Of a stretch of 64,000 nt of DNA, positions 1-10,580 are shown one piece after another. Position numbers and translations under genes: made by a program. The stretch is from Candidatus Latescibacterota bacterium (GTDB lineage: Bacteria; Latescibacterota; UBA2968; UBA8231). Where the stretch lies: assembly GCA_965203175.1 (NCBI GenBank), contig OZ241867.1:320001-384000 (forward strand). The letters are read 5' to 3'. The notes under the pieces were generated by a model. That model did no database searches and had not been told where the DNA came from. It was given only the letters and a program-made list of their open reading frames with translations. Each line of letters opens with the position of its first letter. Positions within the stretch are counted from its first letter, which is position 1.

Positions 1-175
1 CGATCAGCCGATTTTTGACTTCGCCGGCAAAACCATTCGTCACCGAGAGGATGATCACCAAAGCCGCTACCCCCAAGATTACTCCACCGACGGCCATATA
101 GGCGATGACTGAGAAGAAGCCCTCGCGCTGCTTGGAGCGCAAGTAGCGGCCGGCGACAAACAAGGCAATACTCAC
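1..175 (-). CDS. Lipoprotein-releasing ABC transporter permease (LolC/LolE family), 5' part; runs off the window
   Basis: Manual translation from GTG at 175 gives MSIALFVAGRYLRSKQREGFFSVIAYMAVGGVILGVAALVIILSVTNGF, the typical LolC/E N-terminus. The GTG overlaps the prfB TGA. Confidence 0.85.
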   Translation of the reverse strand, partial: MSIALFVAGRYLRSKQREGFFSVIAYMAVGGVILGVAALVIILSVTNGFAGEVKNRLI

Positions 176-1267
176 GTCTGTCCCTCGGTCAAATAAGCCC
201 GGATAAATCGGTCAATGTCTCCATCCATTACCGCTTGGACATTGGCCGTTTCGCAAGCGGTGCGATGGTCTTTGACTACGGTGTATGGATGGAACACGTA
301 GGAGCGGATCTGCGACCCGAAGTCAATGCTCTTCTTGGTGCTCTCCACCGCGAGTTGCTTCTGTTTCTGCTCGTCCTTGAGGTGCTGATACAGGCGCGCC
401 TTCAGCACCTTAAATGCAGTGGCTTTGTTCTTGAACTGCGAGCGCTCGTTTTGGCATTGAACGACAATTCCGGTGGGCAGATGCGTGACCCGCACGGCCG
501 AGGCGGTCTTGTTCACGTGTTGGCCGCCCGCGCCCCCAGAGCGGTAGGTTTCGACCTTCACGTCCTCGTCGTTGAGGTCCACCTCGATATCGTCTTCAAC
601 TTCTGGATAGACAAAGACCGAAGCAAACGAAGTGTGGCGGCGGCGGCTCGTATCAAAAGGCGAAAGCCGCACCAAGCGATGGACTCCGGCTTCGGCTTTG
701 AGGTAGCCGTACGCGTAATCCCCCCTAACCTCAATGGTTGCGCCTTTGATGCCGGCTTCCTCAGCTTGCTGCAGATCCACAACCGCGCATTCCATGCCGT
801 GGCGCTCGCTCCAGCGCGTGTACAGGCGCATCAACATCGACGCCCATTCGGCTGCGTCCGTGCCCCCTGCCCCCGAGTGAATGACGAGGATGGCGTTTTG
901 GGAGTCGTCCTCGTCGTTGAGCATCGTGCGAAACTCCAATTCGCCAATGCCCTGCATGGCGTGCTCGACCTCGGTCTCGACTTCGGTCAGCGCTTCTGCA
1001 TCGCCCTCTTCGACCGCCATCTGCCACAGTTGGTCCAAGTCTTCTAACTGCGCGTCCAAGGTCTCCCAATCCGCGATGGTGTCCTTGAGGATGCGCGCCG
1101 CCTTGCCGACGGATTCGGCCTGCCGCCGATCGCTCCAAAAGTCCGCGGCCGCCATGCGCTTTTCTAATGCAGCTAGCTCTTCCTTCTTGCCGCTTATGTC
1201 AAAGATACCCTCGTAGCCGCTCTAGCTGCTGCCGCCCGAGTGTCAACTGTTCCTCAATCGTGGCCAT
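172..1267 (-). CDS. prfB: Peptide chain release factor 2, translated through a programmed +1 frameshift
   Basis: GGQ and SPF motifs in ORF 172..1155. The upstream frame MATIEEQ...LRGYL from ATG 1267 ends at CTT TGA C. Confidence 0.97.
1198..1212 (-). promoter_or_regulatory. prfB autoregulatory +1 frameshift site
   Basis: The minus strand reads GAGGG TAT CTT TGA C: internal SD, slippery CTT T and stop. Confidence 0.95.
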
Positions 1268-1781
1268 TGTCGTCTTCCTTGGTTTCGTTGTAGCGATCAA
1301 AAAGGAGGCTTTCGTGCTTGCGTTCAGAGGGGATTTCAAAGAGCAGCTGCCCTTCGTAAACCTCGCCCTTGGTCCCCTGGAGCTCGTTGGTGTGCGCAAT
1401 GAAAAACGGCGATCGCGACAGCGGGTAATAGCGCCGTCCGTGGTCGTCAACGAGTTGAAAACACCTCGGTACAATCGCCCACGCGAGCTGCAAATTCACC
1501 TGCAAACGCACATCGATGAGCACGAACTTGTGGCCCTCATCGGGTGGACCGTGAAAAAAGTGCATGTAGCGCACCCCATCTGGGGGCACCGTCAGGGCAA
1601 CTTGGTTGTTGATGTTGGCGAACAGGTTAGTCAGGTTTTCCAGTTTGTCCGCTGATCCGCCCGTCAAGCTCACCCCAATGTAGATCGGCACGAAGAGGGT
1701 CACGCCGCCCAAGACGAAGCGATTGAGCAGCCGCAGACGTTTGTTGAGCTGTTTCTTGCGCTCGTTTGCTTTGATTACCAT
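1254..1781 (-). CDS. Membrane-anchored hypothetical protein, DUF4352-like Ig fold (tentative)
   Basis: One N-terminal TM segment plus KFVLIDVRL, FQLVDDHGRRYYP and GQLLFEIP patterns. ATG 1781 follows a GAGG SD. Confidence 0.6.
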   Translation of the reverse strand: MVIKANERKKQLNKRLRLLNRFVLGGVTLFVPIYIGVSLTGGSADKLENLTNLFANINNQVALTVPPDGVRYMHFFHGPPDEGHKFVLIDVRLQVNLQLAWAIVPRCFQLVDDHGRRYYPLSRSPFFIAHTNELQGTKGEVYEGQLLFEIPSERKHESLLFDRYNETKEDDNGHD

Positions 1782-1788
1782 GGCTTCC

Positions 1789-3459
1789 TCAAGGGGCGCG
1801 CACAAGGGCAATTTTGCCCAAATGGCTGCGATTAGGCGACCGCAGTTGATAGAAGTAGACCCCGTTGGCCACGGCCCGGCCCGGCGTCCAACGCGGGGCG
1901 CGACCTGGCTGGTCGTGGCTCCCCGGCCACAGATCCCAACGCTCGGCGAACACCAACCGACCAGCTACGTCAAAAACGTTCAACTCGACGAGGCCACGCT
2001 CGGCTAGCTGCACCGGAAAATGCACTACCCCGTCCCGTGCCGGATTGGGAAAGGGTGCCAACAGGCGGTCCTCCTGCGGCGGCACCTCGTCGAGGCCACT
2101 GGCCGCCAGCGCGTTTATCTGCCCCCAGCCATAGACCGTGTCGGGACCGGCGGCCCCCAAGTCCAATGCAGTCGAGCGCAAAGCCTCCAGCACTTGGTCC
2201 GGCCTCCATTCGGGATTTTTTTGCAACAACAGGGCGCAAACCCCGCTCACCAGAGGAGCCGCAAAGGAAGTGCCGCCCCTGCGCACATAGCCGCCGCGTC
2301 GTAGGTCCGCGACTACTACGCCGCTACCGGGCGCGACCACATCCGGCTTGATGCGGCCATCAGCCGTCGGCCCGCGCGAGCTAAAGGAGGCAATCTGCGG
2401 CACGCGCTCGCCACTGCCGGGCACATCTACCGCCCCCACCGCAATCGCGCCATCGGCGTCCGCCGGCATCGTTATGTAGTGCCAATCCCTATTGGCCTCA
2501 TTGCCTGCGGACACCACCACGACGATGCCACGCCGCACGGCCAGCGCCGCCGCCACGCTCGTCAGCGCGGTTTCCCCGTCCAGATCCGCTGGCGAGTAGC
2601 CCGTGCCGTCGTCCCACCGATTGTAGCCCAACGAACTGTTGACCACCTGTGCCCCCAAGCTGTCCGCCCATTCCAAGCCGGCGACCCAGCGATCCTCCTC
2701 CGAGGGCATTTCGGGCATGTTATCGTCTAGTTCGGTCTTGGCCAAGATGTACTCGGCGTCGGGTGCCACGCCGATAAAGTGATCGGGGTGATAACCTGCT
2801 AGCAGGGAAAGCACTTGCGCGCCGTGCAAGTTTTGGGTGCTGCTCATTTCATCGCCCGTGATGGGTTGATCGGCCTCGTCGGTGACGACCTCGTCGTCAT
2901 TGACAAAGTCGCGCTGGGCCACCACGCGAATGGAGTCGAAGGCTGCGTGTTCGGCGTAGTGGAAACCATTATCGAGCAAGGCCACCCGCACTCCAGCACC
3001 CGTAAGACCTTGGTCGTGTAGGGGAGGAACGGCGATTTGGGCCAACGGCTCCAAGGCGAGACCATAACGGCTTTGCAGCAACTTGGGACTGGCAAGTGGC
3101 ACCAGCGGCAGTGGACGGGGTCGCTGCAAGCGCTGCACAGGCCGAGTTTCGACGACAAAGTCCACAGCCTGCACTCGGCGCTGCACCTCGGGCGAGACTC
3201 GCGCGCTGACCGCATTGAGCCAACGCGAGGAGAAGCGCACCACCACCCCCATCTTTCGCAGGCGCTCGATATAGAGTTGGTTGATGGGCATATCCAACTC
3301 TGCGTCCGAATGACCGGCCCCCAAATCCACCCAAGCAACGCGCTGTCCCTCGGCGTCCATTTTGTCGCTCAACAGAATCCAGATATTCTGATCCGCCGCG
3401 ACCGTCAAGGCCCCCGCGTGCACTAGCAAGGCCGCGCACCACCACACCCTCTTATTCAA
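1789..3459 (-). CDS. Secreted S8 (subtilisin-like) serine peptidase with C-terminal T9SS/FlgD-Ig-like domain
   Basis: Catalytic motifs LLDNG, HGAQV and GTSFAAP, oxyanion AGN, signal peptide, and a PFPNP...GVYFY tail. Confidence 0.9.
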   Translation of the reverse strand: MNKRVWWCAALLVHAGALTVAADQNIWILLSDKMDAEGQRVAWVDLGAGHSDAELDMPINQLYIERLRKMGVVVRFSSRWLNAVSARVSPEVQRRVQAVDFVVETRPVQRLQRPRPLPLVPLASPKLLQSRYGLALEPLAQIAVPPLHDQGLTGAGVRVALLDNGFHYAEHAAFDSIRVVAQRDFVNDDEVVTDEADQPITGDEMSSTQNLHGAQVLSLLAGYHPDHFIGVAPDAEYILAKTELDDNMPEMPSEEDRWVAGLEWADSLGAQVVNSSLGYNRWDDGTGYSPADLDGETALTSVAAALAVRRGIVVVVSAGNEANRDWHYITMPADADGAIAVGAVDVPGSGERVPQIASFSSRGPTADGRIKPDVVAPGSGVVVADLRRGGYVRRGGTSFAAPLVSGVCALLLQKNPEWRPDQVLEALRSTALDLGAAGPDTVYGWGQINALAASGLDEVPPQEDRLLAPFPNPARDGVVHFPVQLAERGLVELNVFDVAGRLVFAERWDLWPGSHDQPGRAPRWTPGRAVANGVYFYQLRSPNRSHLGKIALVRAP

Positions 3460-4096
3460 CAGGAGGTTCCCTCGTGTCTAGTACCTCCACCCCTTCGGGC
3501 ACCTGAAAAGAAAAAACCTCGTCGGCTATTTTCTTATTGGTGCGGTGATCCCTGAGCACGTACGCGGTGCGATTGCCATTGGCCTCGCGCTGTTCTACTT
3601 GCAGGAGAAACCACTTCTTGGGATCCACCCAGATCCGCATCTGTTCGATCACAGAGGCTTTGTTTTCTGGTTCCATGATCAACAAATAGCAGGGCCGCCC
3701 CCGCAACGAGCTTTCCTCCACCGCAATGGGCACATAGCGTTCGGTATAGTCGAAAAACACTTCCCAAGGAGTCTTTATTTCCGCTTCGTAGGGACTGATC
3801 ACCACTTGGCCGTTGTGCACGACATACGACCAGACGGCCTCGCCATTGGCCATCACCACATCGCCCCCTTCCAACTCGATGCGAAAGCGATTCGGGCGGC
3901 GCAAATAAATCCGGCCTTCGCGGCTGCGGTACTTGTCCAGCACCGCCCAGTAGAATTGCTTTTCAAAGCGGGCTTCAAACGTCTTGTAACTAGAAAGACG
4001 CTTCTGCACCATAGCAATGATCTGGTCGCCGCTCTGCCCGAGGGCCGCGCTCGTCACTAAGCCCACAGAAAGACTAGCCCACAACCACAGTCTCAT
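3452..4096 (-). CDS. lolA: Outer-membrane lipoprotein carrier protein
   Basis: Signal peptide, FEARFEK, RPNRFRIE, NGEAVWSY and FSFQVPEGVEV. Lies downstream of ftsK, the usual synteny. Confidence 0.85.
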   Translation of the reverse strand: MRLWLWASLSVGLVTSAALGQSGDQIIAMVQKRLSSYKTFEARFEKQFYWAVLDKYRSREGRIYLRRPNRFRIELEGGDVVMANGEAVWSYVVHNGQVVISPYEAEIKTPWEVFFDYTERYVPIAVEESSLRGRPCYLLIMEPENKASVIEQMRIWVDPKKWFLLQVEQREANGNRTAYVLRDHRTNKKIADEVFSFQVPEGVEVLDTREPPVE

Positions 4097-6402
4097 TCTT
4101 CAGCGTACTCCTCTTCCGCGCTTTCGATGAGAATCTCGCGCGGCTTCGCTCCGACGATCGGCCCGACGATACCGGCGGCCTCTAGCTCGTCCATCAAACG
4201 CCCGGCGCGGGAATAACCAACTTTCAAGCGCCGCTGCAAAAACGACGTGGAAGCCTGCCGGTGTTCGGCAACTAAGCGCACGGCGTCGTCAAAGAGGTCG
4301 TCGCGCGCATCGGAAACCGCGTTAATATCCGGCTGCTCGGAAAACACCGCAACTTCCTCGGCCTCGTACTGGCTCTCTTTCAATGCTTCTACCAAGCGCT
4401 CGGTTTCCTCACCAGAAATAAAGGCCCCGTGGACGCGGATTGGCTCGCCTTGGCCGCTCGGCAGAAAGAGCATATCGCCCATCCCCAAGAGCCGCTCGGC
4501 CCCATTGAGATCGAGGATCGTGCGCGAGTCCGTCTTCGACGCCACTTGGAAAGCAATGCGCGAAGGGAAATTGGCCTTGATTACCCCGGTAATCACGTTC
4601 ACCGAAGGCCGCTGGGTCGCCAAGATAATGTGAATACCCACCGCGCGCGATTTCTGCGCCAAGCTCATCAGCGAGGTCTCCACATCGGCGGGAGCCGTCA
4701 GCATCAAATCGGCAAATTCGTCGATTACTATCACGAGGTACGCCAGCGGCTTCTCGGGCTCGACACCCTCTTCCTCGGCCTCGGCCTGGCTGCGCGCCAG
4801 CTTGGCGTTGTAGTCGGACAGATTGCGCACTCCCAGCTTGGCGAGCCTCTGGTAGCGAGATTCCATTTCGGCCACGGCCCACTTCAATGCTTCCGCGGCC
4901 TTCTTCGGTTCGGTGATAACCGGTACCAACAAGTGCGGGATATCGTTGTACATCATCAACTCGACGACCTTGGGATCGATCATGATAAAGCGCACCTCGT
5001 CCGGCGTGGCCTTGAAGAGGATGCTGCAAATTAGGCTGTTCAGGCACACGCTCTTGCCGGCCCCAGTGGCACCGGCGACCAATAGATGGGGCATTTTGGC
5101 CAAATCCGCGGCACACGGCTCGCCCGAAATCGTCTTACCTAGTCCCATGACCAGCTTGGAATCCGACTGGCTGAACACTTCGTCTTCGAGGATTTCGCGC
5201 AAGTACACAGTCTCCCGCTCCTGATTGGCAATCTCCACCCCCACCACGGATTTGCCCGGCACTGGAGCTTGAATGCGAATGCCCTTCGCGCTCATCACGC
5301 GTGCGAGATCGTCCGAGAGCGCGGCAATGCGATTGACCTTGACCCCTGGGGCCGGCTCCACCTCGTAGCGCGTCACCACTGGCCCGGGACTCACCTCCAC
5401 GACCTGACAGGCCACGTCGAAATTGCCCAGCGCATTCTCCAGCATCTTGGCGTTTTCCAGCAAGGCCTCCTTAGAGACGTCGCTGTGGCTAGCTGGCACT
5501 TCGTCTAGCAACTGGGTGCTCGGGATTTCGTAGCGACCACCACTGGCTGGCTTGCGGGCTGGCTCTGCCTTCGCTTGTTGGTATACCGACTCTGGTACAG
5601 CTACATCTTCAACCGCTGGTTCCTTCTTCTTTTTGCGCTCGCGCCGCTCAACTCGCGCTGGCTCCTGCACCCGAGGCTCCACTGCAGCAACCTCTTCAAC
5701 CATTGGCTTCCAAGGGGCCGCATCCTCGACTCGAGGCTCCGCGCCAATCTCGGGTCGCATTTTTCGCACCATGGCGGTTTGATCCCGTTCCCATTTTGCG
5801 GATTTGCTCTTGTGCCTAGCAGGGAGCAGTCTCCGCAGACACCCAAGCCACCGCCAGACCGCCGCCAAACCGGACCCCAGCCACACCAACATCCGCCAGT
5901 TCAGACCGGGGGTCAAAATCACCGCCACCGCAAACAGCGCACACAGCAACACGGCCGACCCCATCCTCCCTAGGTACGGTATGAGAAATTCCAAACTAAT
6001 CTGGGTCCCCAACACACCGCCCAGCTCGTAGGCTTTTTGCGGAGAATACCCGGGCAGGCCCGTCGCGACGCAGATGAGGACGGCCATGAGCAAAAGACCC
6101 ATACTGCGATGCACAGCAGAAGCCATCGGCTCGCAACGCACCCTATTCCAACCCCAGAGCAACAACAGCATGGGCCAGACGTACGCGGCCCGTCCCATGC
6201 CCGCAAAGGCCCCATACGAGACATACGCGCCGATTCCTCCCCCCCAATTCAAACTCTCAGCCACCGACCGGCTCGAATTGGGAGGATCGAGCGGTGAATG
6301 GGACATCAAGCAGATGAGTAAAAACGCACAGAGGCCAATGAGGAGCACACCTAAAACTTGGGGCTTTTTCTCGCCTTTGGGCGGGTGCGAAAACTCGGAC
6401 AT
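4093..6402 (-). CDS. ftsK: DNA translocase FtsK
   Basis: N-terminal 4TM domain, PHLLVAGATGAGKS, IDEFADLM, ATQRPS and a gamma domain (LQRRLKVGYSRAGRLMD). Confidence 0.97.
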   Translation of the reverse strand: MSEFSHPPKGEKKPQVLGVLLIGLCAFLLICLMSHSPLDPPNSSRSVAESLNWGGGIGAYVSYGAFAGMGRAAYVWPMLLLLWGWNRVRCEPMASAVHRSMGLLLMAVLICVATGLPGYSPQKAYELGGVLGTQISLEFLIPYLGRMGSAVLLCALFAVAVILTPGLNWRMLVWLGSGLAAVWRWLGCLRRLLPARHKSKSAKWERDQTAMVRKMRPEIGAEPRVEDAAPWKPMVEEVAAVEPRVQEPARVERRERKKKKEPAVEDVAVPESVYQQAKAEPARKPASGGRYEIPSTQLLDEVPASHSDVSKEALLENAKMLENALGNFDVACQVVEVSPGPVVTRYEVEPAPGVKVNRIAALSDDLARVMSAKGIRIQAPVPGKSVVGVEIANQERETVYLREILEDEVFSQSDSKLVMGLGKTISGEPCAADLAKMPHLLVAGATGAGKSVCLNSLICSILFKATPDEVRFIMIDPKVVELMMYNDIPHLLVPVITEPKKAAEALKWAVAEMESRYQRLAKLGVRNLSDYNAKLARSQAEAEEEGVEPEKPLAYLVIVIDEFADLMLTAPADVETSLMSLAQKSRAVGIHIILATQRPSVNVITGVIKANFPSRIAFQVASKTDSRTILDLNGAERLLGMGDMLFLPSGQGEPIRVHGAFISGEETERLVEALKESQYEAEEVAVFSEQPDINAVSDARDDLFDDAVRLVAEHRQASTSFLQRRLKVGYSRAGRLMDELEAAGIVGPIVGAKPREILIESAEEEYAEE

Positions 6403-6504
6403 AGAGCACGGACTCCGCTAGTAATAGGTTGGAAAGCAATCAGATTTGGGGAGGGGGGTACTAAAAAATAAACAAAAACGCGGCTTTTTGCATCTTGTGG
6501 TGCA

Positions 6505-8646
6505 TCAGATCATGCCGCTGCGCTTGCGCCCAAACCACTCGGCAGCCAACAGGGCAACAGCCAAAAGTGCGGGCCACAGCGGCCCCCATAGCGGCAAGAC
6601 CTCAGCCTCTTCGACCCACCGCTTGCGCGGCGCGAGCTGTTCCAGCATGTCCTCCCAGTCGCCGAGCGAATAGGCGCGTCCTCCACTGGCTCGGGCCAAC
6701 TCGCCCAAAAGCAACGGGTCGGCGTGCAAATCCCCGAGCTCAATGCTGTACTCTTCGACGACAAAGCGACCCGCAACCGCACCCACTACGGTTTGGTCAA
6801 CTGTGGCCCGGATCTCATATTTATACGTGCCGGGTGCCAGCCCACTAGCGACACCTCGGTAGTGCCCGGCTCCTTGCGATTGCAGGTCGAACGCTTCCTG
6901 CCCCGCCAGCGCAACCTGCACGCTTGCTCCCGGCTGCGGCCTCAGCAACTCGTCGAAGACCTGCACCGCGAAAACCACTTCCTCACCCGCCCGGTACACG
7001 GGCCGCTCGGTCGAAGCGCGAACCCGTCCGCCCGGAGCGTCGAGCGCGAGCCACTTGGCGGCGTCGCACCAGAACGTCCTAATGGTCTGCGGCTGGCCAT
7101 CGACTCCACTGCTCATCAGATCGAGCCGCCAAAAGGACGCGGATAGAGCAGCAATGACCTTGCCCTTGCCATACGCACCCGCAGCGATGACCGGCTCGCC
7201 GCCTACACTTTCAACTAGCACAGTGGTACCTGGCCGCTGCTGCGCCGTGCGAAAGTAACCCGGCAGCGGCGGCAACCTAAGCCACGGATCGTCCACACCT
7301 GCGGGCTGGCGCACGACCGGATGGTGCCGACCGGCCGGACTGAGCCGCAATAAAATTTCGCCCGGCACAAAAGGCACAGGACCGGCCACTTGAAGCGGCA
7401 TGAGCGCGACCAGTGGCGAGTCGGGCTGCCAAGCCCGCGCCATCTTGGGGCCACCGACGATGAGCAAACCCGCGCCGGCATACACGTGCTGAACTAACGC
7501 GGAGGCGGGCGAGCTATTGAGCAGCCACGCACCCGGATTTACCAGCAGTACCACGTCCCGGTCTTGCAAAACAGCCGGACTCCACGCGCCTCCGTAAAAT
7601 GCGTCTGGCTCCCGCTGAATCAAGGCCTCGACGACCCAACTCGAATCCGCGCTTAAACTGCGGCGCAAAAAGGCCAAATCCTCGCTAGGGCCTCCGGCCA
7701 GCAGCAGCACCCGCGGGCGCCCTGCGAGAATCCGAGTAAACGCGAGGGCCTCGTTGTCGGCTGTCGCGAATTCCCCTGCCGCAGGATCGACGACCACGCG
7801 AAAAATGCGCGGCCCAGCCTGCTGGGGCGTCACTGCAAACGAGACGCGCTGCACCTGTCCGTCGCCCTCCAACAGCAGGGATTGTCGCTGGAGCGACTGG
7901 TCGCCCTCGTAAAGCCGGACTTCCACGCGCTTTCCCTCGTATCCCCAGCTCCGCACCTCGGCGTCGATTTGCTGACGCTGACCCACGTACCCAGTCTCGG
8001 TCGTGCGAACGTCCACGAGTTGGACATCGACGGGCACCTCTGCGCCCCCTACGCCGAGCGCATATACAGGCACGTCCAGTTCCGCGCTCAGGCGCACCGG
8101 GTCGCGGCCCAAGTTGTGGCCTCCGTCGGAAAATAAGACCACGCCTTGCACGCGCTCCCGCTCGGCGACTGCCTCCAAGCTAGTCGCGAGTGCGCGGCCT
8201 ATATCGGTCGCCTGACCGCGAGTGCTTGCGACCGCGACCGTATCGAGTGCAAGCGGATATGCAGACTCGGCAAATCCCCAAGCGCGGACTTCAGCCTGCT
8301 GCAGGCGCACCGACCAACCTTCGTCGCTCAGCACGGCCACAGCCTGCTGTAAGCGCGTGACCGGCCCCTCGGTCACCCTCATGCTCGGGCTCGTATCGAC
8401 CAATACTAGCACCAGCGGCCGGATGACCTGCTGGTGCCACCACGTCAAAACCGGCTCGCACAACACCATAGCCAGCAAGGCCACGGCCGCGCCGCGCAAC
8501 ACCACGAGCACCATGCGGCGCTTGGGATCAACCTGCGGATACGTCCGCTGATATACCCAATAAACGAATGCGATTAGAAAGGGCAGCAGGACGAGGAATA
8601 CGCGGTGTCCCGCTAGCTGGAGATGGCTATCGGACCACTCAGACAC
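6505..8646 (-). CDS. Membrane protein with a vWA domain and a glutamine-amidotransferase-like domain
   Basis: MIDAS DTSPSM, TDIG and SDGGHN motifs; terminal AAEWFGRKRSG TM typical of this family. Confidence 0.75.
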   Translation of the reverse strand: MSEWSDSHLQLAGHRVFLVLLPFLIAFVYWVYQRTYPQVDPKRRMVLVVLRGAAVALLAMVLCEPVLTWWHQQVIRPLVLVLVDTSPSMRVTEGPVTRLQQAVAVLSDEGWSVRLQQAEVRAWGFAESAYPLALDTVAVASTRGQATDIGRALATSLEAVAERERVQGVVLFSDGGHNLGRDPVRLSAELDVPVYALGVGGAEVPVDVQLVDVRTTETGYVGQRQQIDAEVRSWGYEGKRVEVRLYEGDQSLQRQSLLLEGDGQVQRVSFAVTPQQAGPRIFRVVVDPAAGEFATADNEALAFTRILAGRPRVLLLAGGPSEDLAFLRRSLSADSSWVVEALIQREPDAFYGGAWSPAVLQDRDVVLLVNPGAWLLNSSPASALVQHVYAGAGLLIVGGPKMARAWQPDSPLVALMPLQVAGPVPFVPGEILLRLSPAGRHHPVVRQPAGVDDPWLRLPPLPGYFRTAQQRPGTTVLVESVGGEPVIAAGAYGKGKVIAALSASFWRLDLMSSGVDGQPQTIRTFWCDAAKWLALDAPGGRVRASTERPVYRAGEEVVFAVQVFDELLRPQPGASVQVALAGQEAFDLQSQGAGHYRGVASGLAPGTYKYEIRATVDQTVVGAVAGRFVVEEYSIELGDLHADPLLLGELARASGGRAYSLGDWEDMLEQLAPRKRWVEEAEVLPLWGPLWPALLAVALLAAEWFGRKRSGMI

Positions 8647-9649
8647 GCCAGCTCAGGCGGGGAGCAGCGTCCACAGCGAGACTGTCGCAGACGCCACGGT
8701 TGAGGTAGAAGGCCCCAACAGCCCCCACCATAGCGGCATTATCGGTACACAAATCGTACGCCGGACAATGGAATGACAGACCTCGGCCCTCGACCGCGGC
8801 GCGCAGACGTTGGCGCAGGCGCTGGTTGGCAGCAACGCCGCCCGCGAGGCATACGGTCGCAACGTCTGCTCGATCCAAGGCCAACAGGGTCTTGGCGACT
8901 AAGGCATCCACCACGGCTTCTTGGAAACTGGCGGCAATATGGGCGAGTTGCTGCGTGAGCGCTTGCGGGGAAAGCGAGCGCACGTAGTGCAACACCGAGG
9001 TTTTGAGACCGCTAAAGCTAAAGTCTATCTCGCCCTCGAGGGCGCGGGGGAAGTCAATGGCCTCGGGATCGCCGTCCGCAGCCAGCTCAGCGATGAGCCG
9101 GCCACCGGCCACGGCCCCCTCCCCAGGTAGGAGGTCCAGCAGTTTGGCGACCTTATCAAATGCCTCACCGGCTGCGTCGTCGCGCGTGCGGCCCAGCACC
9201 TCGTATGAGCCGAGTTCGCGCACCAAGATCAACTCGGTGTGCCCGCCCGACACCAGCAGTGTCAGGAAAGGGACCTCGACCTGCGCAGCGACCAAGTTGG
9301 AAAACACGTGGGCCTCTAGGTGGTGAACGCCGATCAGTGGCTTATTGCGCGCCAACGCCAACCCCTTGGCCAGCGACAGCCCCACAATCAACGACCCAAC
9401 CAATCCCGGGCCCCGCGTCGCTGCCACCCCATCCACTTCTTTCCATCCTATGCCCGCAGTCGCTAGGGCCTGCCGCACGACCGGCACCAACGTGCGCATA
9501 TGGGCGCGCGAGGCCAGCTCGGGCACCACGCCCCCGTATGGCGCGTGATCTTGTTGTGAGAAGATGATATTGGAGTGCACGGCGTACGACTCATCGACGA
9601 CCGCCGCGGCCGTCTCATCGCAGGAGGTCTCCAACCCCAATACCAACAT
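8639..9649 (-). CDS. tsaD: tRNA N6-threonylcarbamoyltransferase
   Basis: LETSCDET, HHLEAH, SGGHT, DDAAGEAFDK and CTDNAAM motifs. Confidence 0.97.
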   Translation of the reverse strand: MLVLGLETSCDETAAAVVDESYAVHSNIIFSQQDHAPYGGVVPELASRAHMRTLVPVVRQALATAGIGWKEVDGVAATRGPGLVGSLIVGLSLAKGLALARNKPLIGVHHLEAHVFSNLVAAQVEVPFLTLLVSGGHTELILVRELGSYEVLGRTRDDAAGEAFDKVAKLLDLLPGEGAVAGGRLIAELAADGDPEAIDFPRALEGEIDFSFSGLKTSVLHYVRSLSPQALTQQLAHIAASFQEAVVDALVAKTLLALDRADVATVCLAGGVAANQRLRQRLRAAVEGRGLSFHCPAYDLCTDNAAMVGAVGAFYLNRGVCDSLAVDAAPRLSWRV

Positions 9650-9650
9650 C

Positions 9651-10580
9651 CTAGTCGCTCACCAAATCGACGTATGCTGGCACGATCTGACGCACCTCAA
9701 AAATCGGCGTCTCCGCACTGTACACCGGCAGCGCACTCCCCTGATATTCGGCGTAATCCACGTATAGCTCGATGTCGCGAGTTGGGTCCAGCCCAGTGAT
9801 CACGCCAACCCCGCCGCGCACCTTGACTTGGGCGGTGGCTGGCTCGGGCCGCAGGCGCGCCTCGCCGAGGTGTAGCACGGTAATCGGTACCCCGATTACA
9901 TCGTCTTCGGCCAACATCTGCACGGCAGCGCGCACGCGCACGGTCCCGGGCACGAACGCAAGTTGCGTGCGCTCGGGATGCCGCAAGGACTGCTCTACGT
10001 CCACGTCTTCTGTAACATTCTGCAAAACCAGCGAATCCGTCTCCACATAACGCAATGCGGCAACCTGCTGCTGGGGGCCGATCACCCGGACGAACGCGGG
10101 GTCGGCTTGCAGCGGCGTCACCTGTACGTGGGCATCGGCTACCTCTAACTTCGCTTGCACCCGCACCGATACGTCCCGTTCCATCCTCGGCGCTAGCGCG
10201 ATTTCAATTTCTTTTGGTTCGAGGATTTCCTTGACTTCGACATCCAAGTCGGCCGCCCGTTTGGTGATTTGGGAAGGGGTCAGACGGTGGATCCGATTCC
10301 TACCTTCGGTTCGCAACCTCAGAATGAAAGAGTCGTCGTCCAAGTTAAACAGCAGGTCCTTGCCCCCTCCTGTGACTAAGACGCGAACCGTGGGAGGCAC
10401 TTCACTGGCCAGCACCACATCTCCTTCCGCGCCCTCGCCCGATGGAGGCACTTCGACCCGGAGGCGCACTGCAATTTCTTTATCGTAGTACTTCTCTGTA
10501 ACCGCGTGCAGCCACAGCGCAAAAGATAGGACCAGTGCTCCAGCCCAGATTCCCCAACTGCTTATACTGATGTTGGCCAA
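9651..10580 (-). CDS. YbbR/CdaR-like membrane protein
   Basis: N-terminal TM (LSFALWLHA) followed by repeated P-x-V-x-V-x-G YbbR-type domains. Confidence 0.7.
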   Translation of the reverse strand: MANISISSWGIWAGALVLSFALWLHAVTEKYYDKEIAVRLRVEVPPSGEGAEGDVVLASEVPPTVRVLVTGGGKDLLFNLDDDSFILRLRTEGRNRIHRLTPSQITKRAADLDVEVKEILEPKEIEIALAPRMERDVSVRVQAKLEVADAHVQVTPLQADPAFVRVIGPQQQVAALRYVETDSLVLQNVTEDVDVEQSLRHPERTQLAFVPGTVRVRAAVQMLAEDDVIGVPITVLHLGEARLRPEPATAQVKVRGGVGVITGLDPTRDIELYVDYAEYQGSALPVYSAETPIFEVRQIVPAYVDLVSD

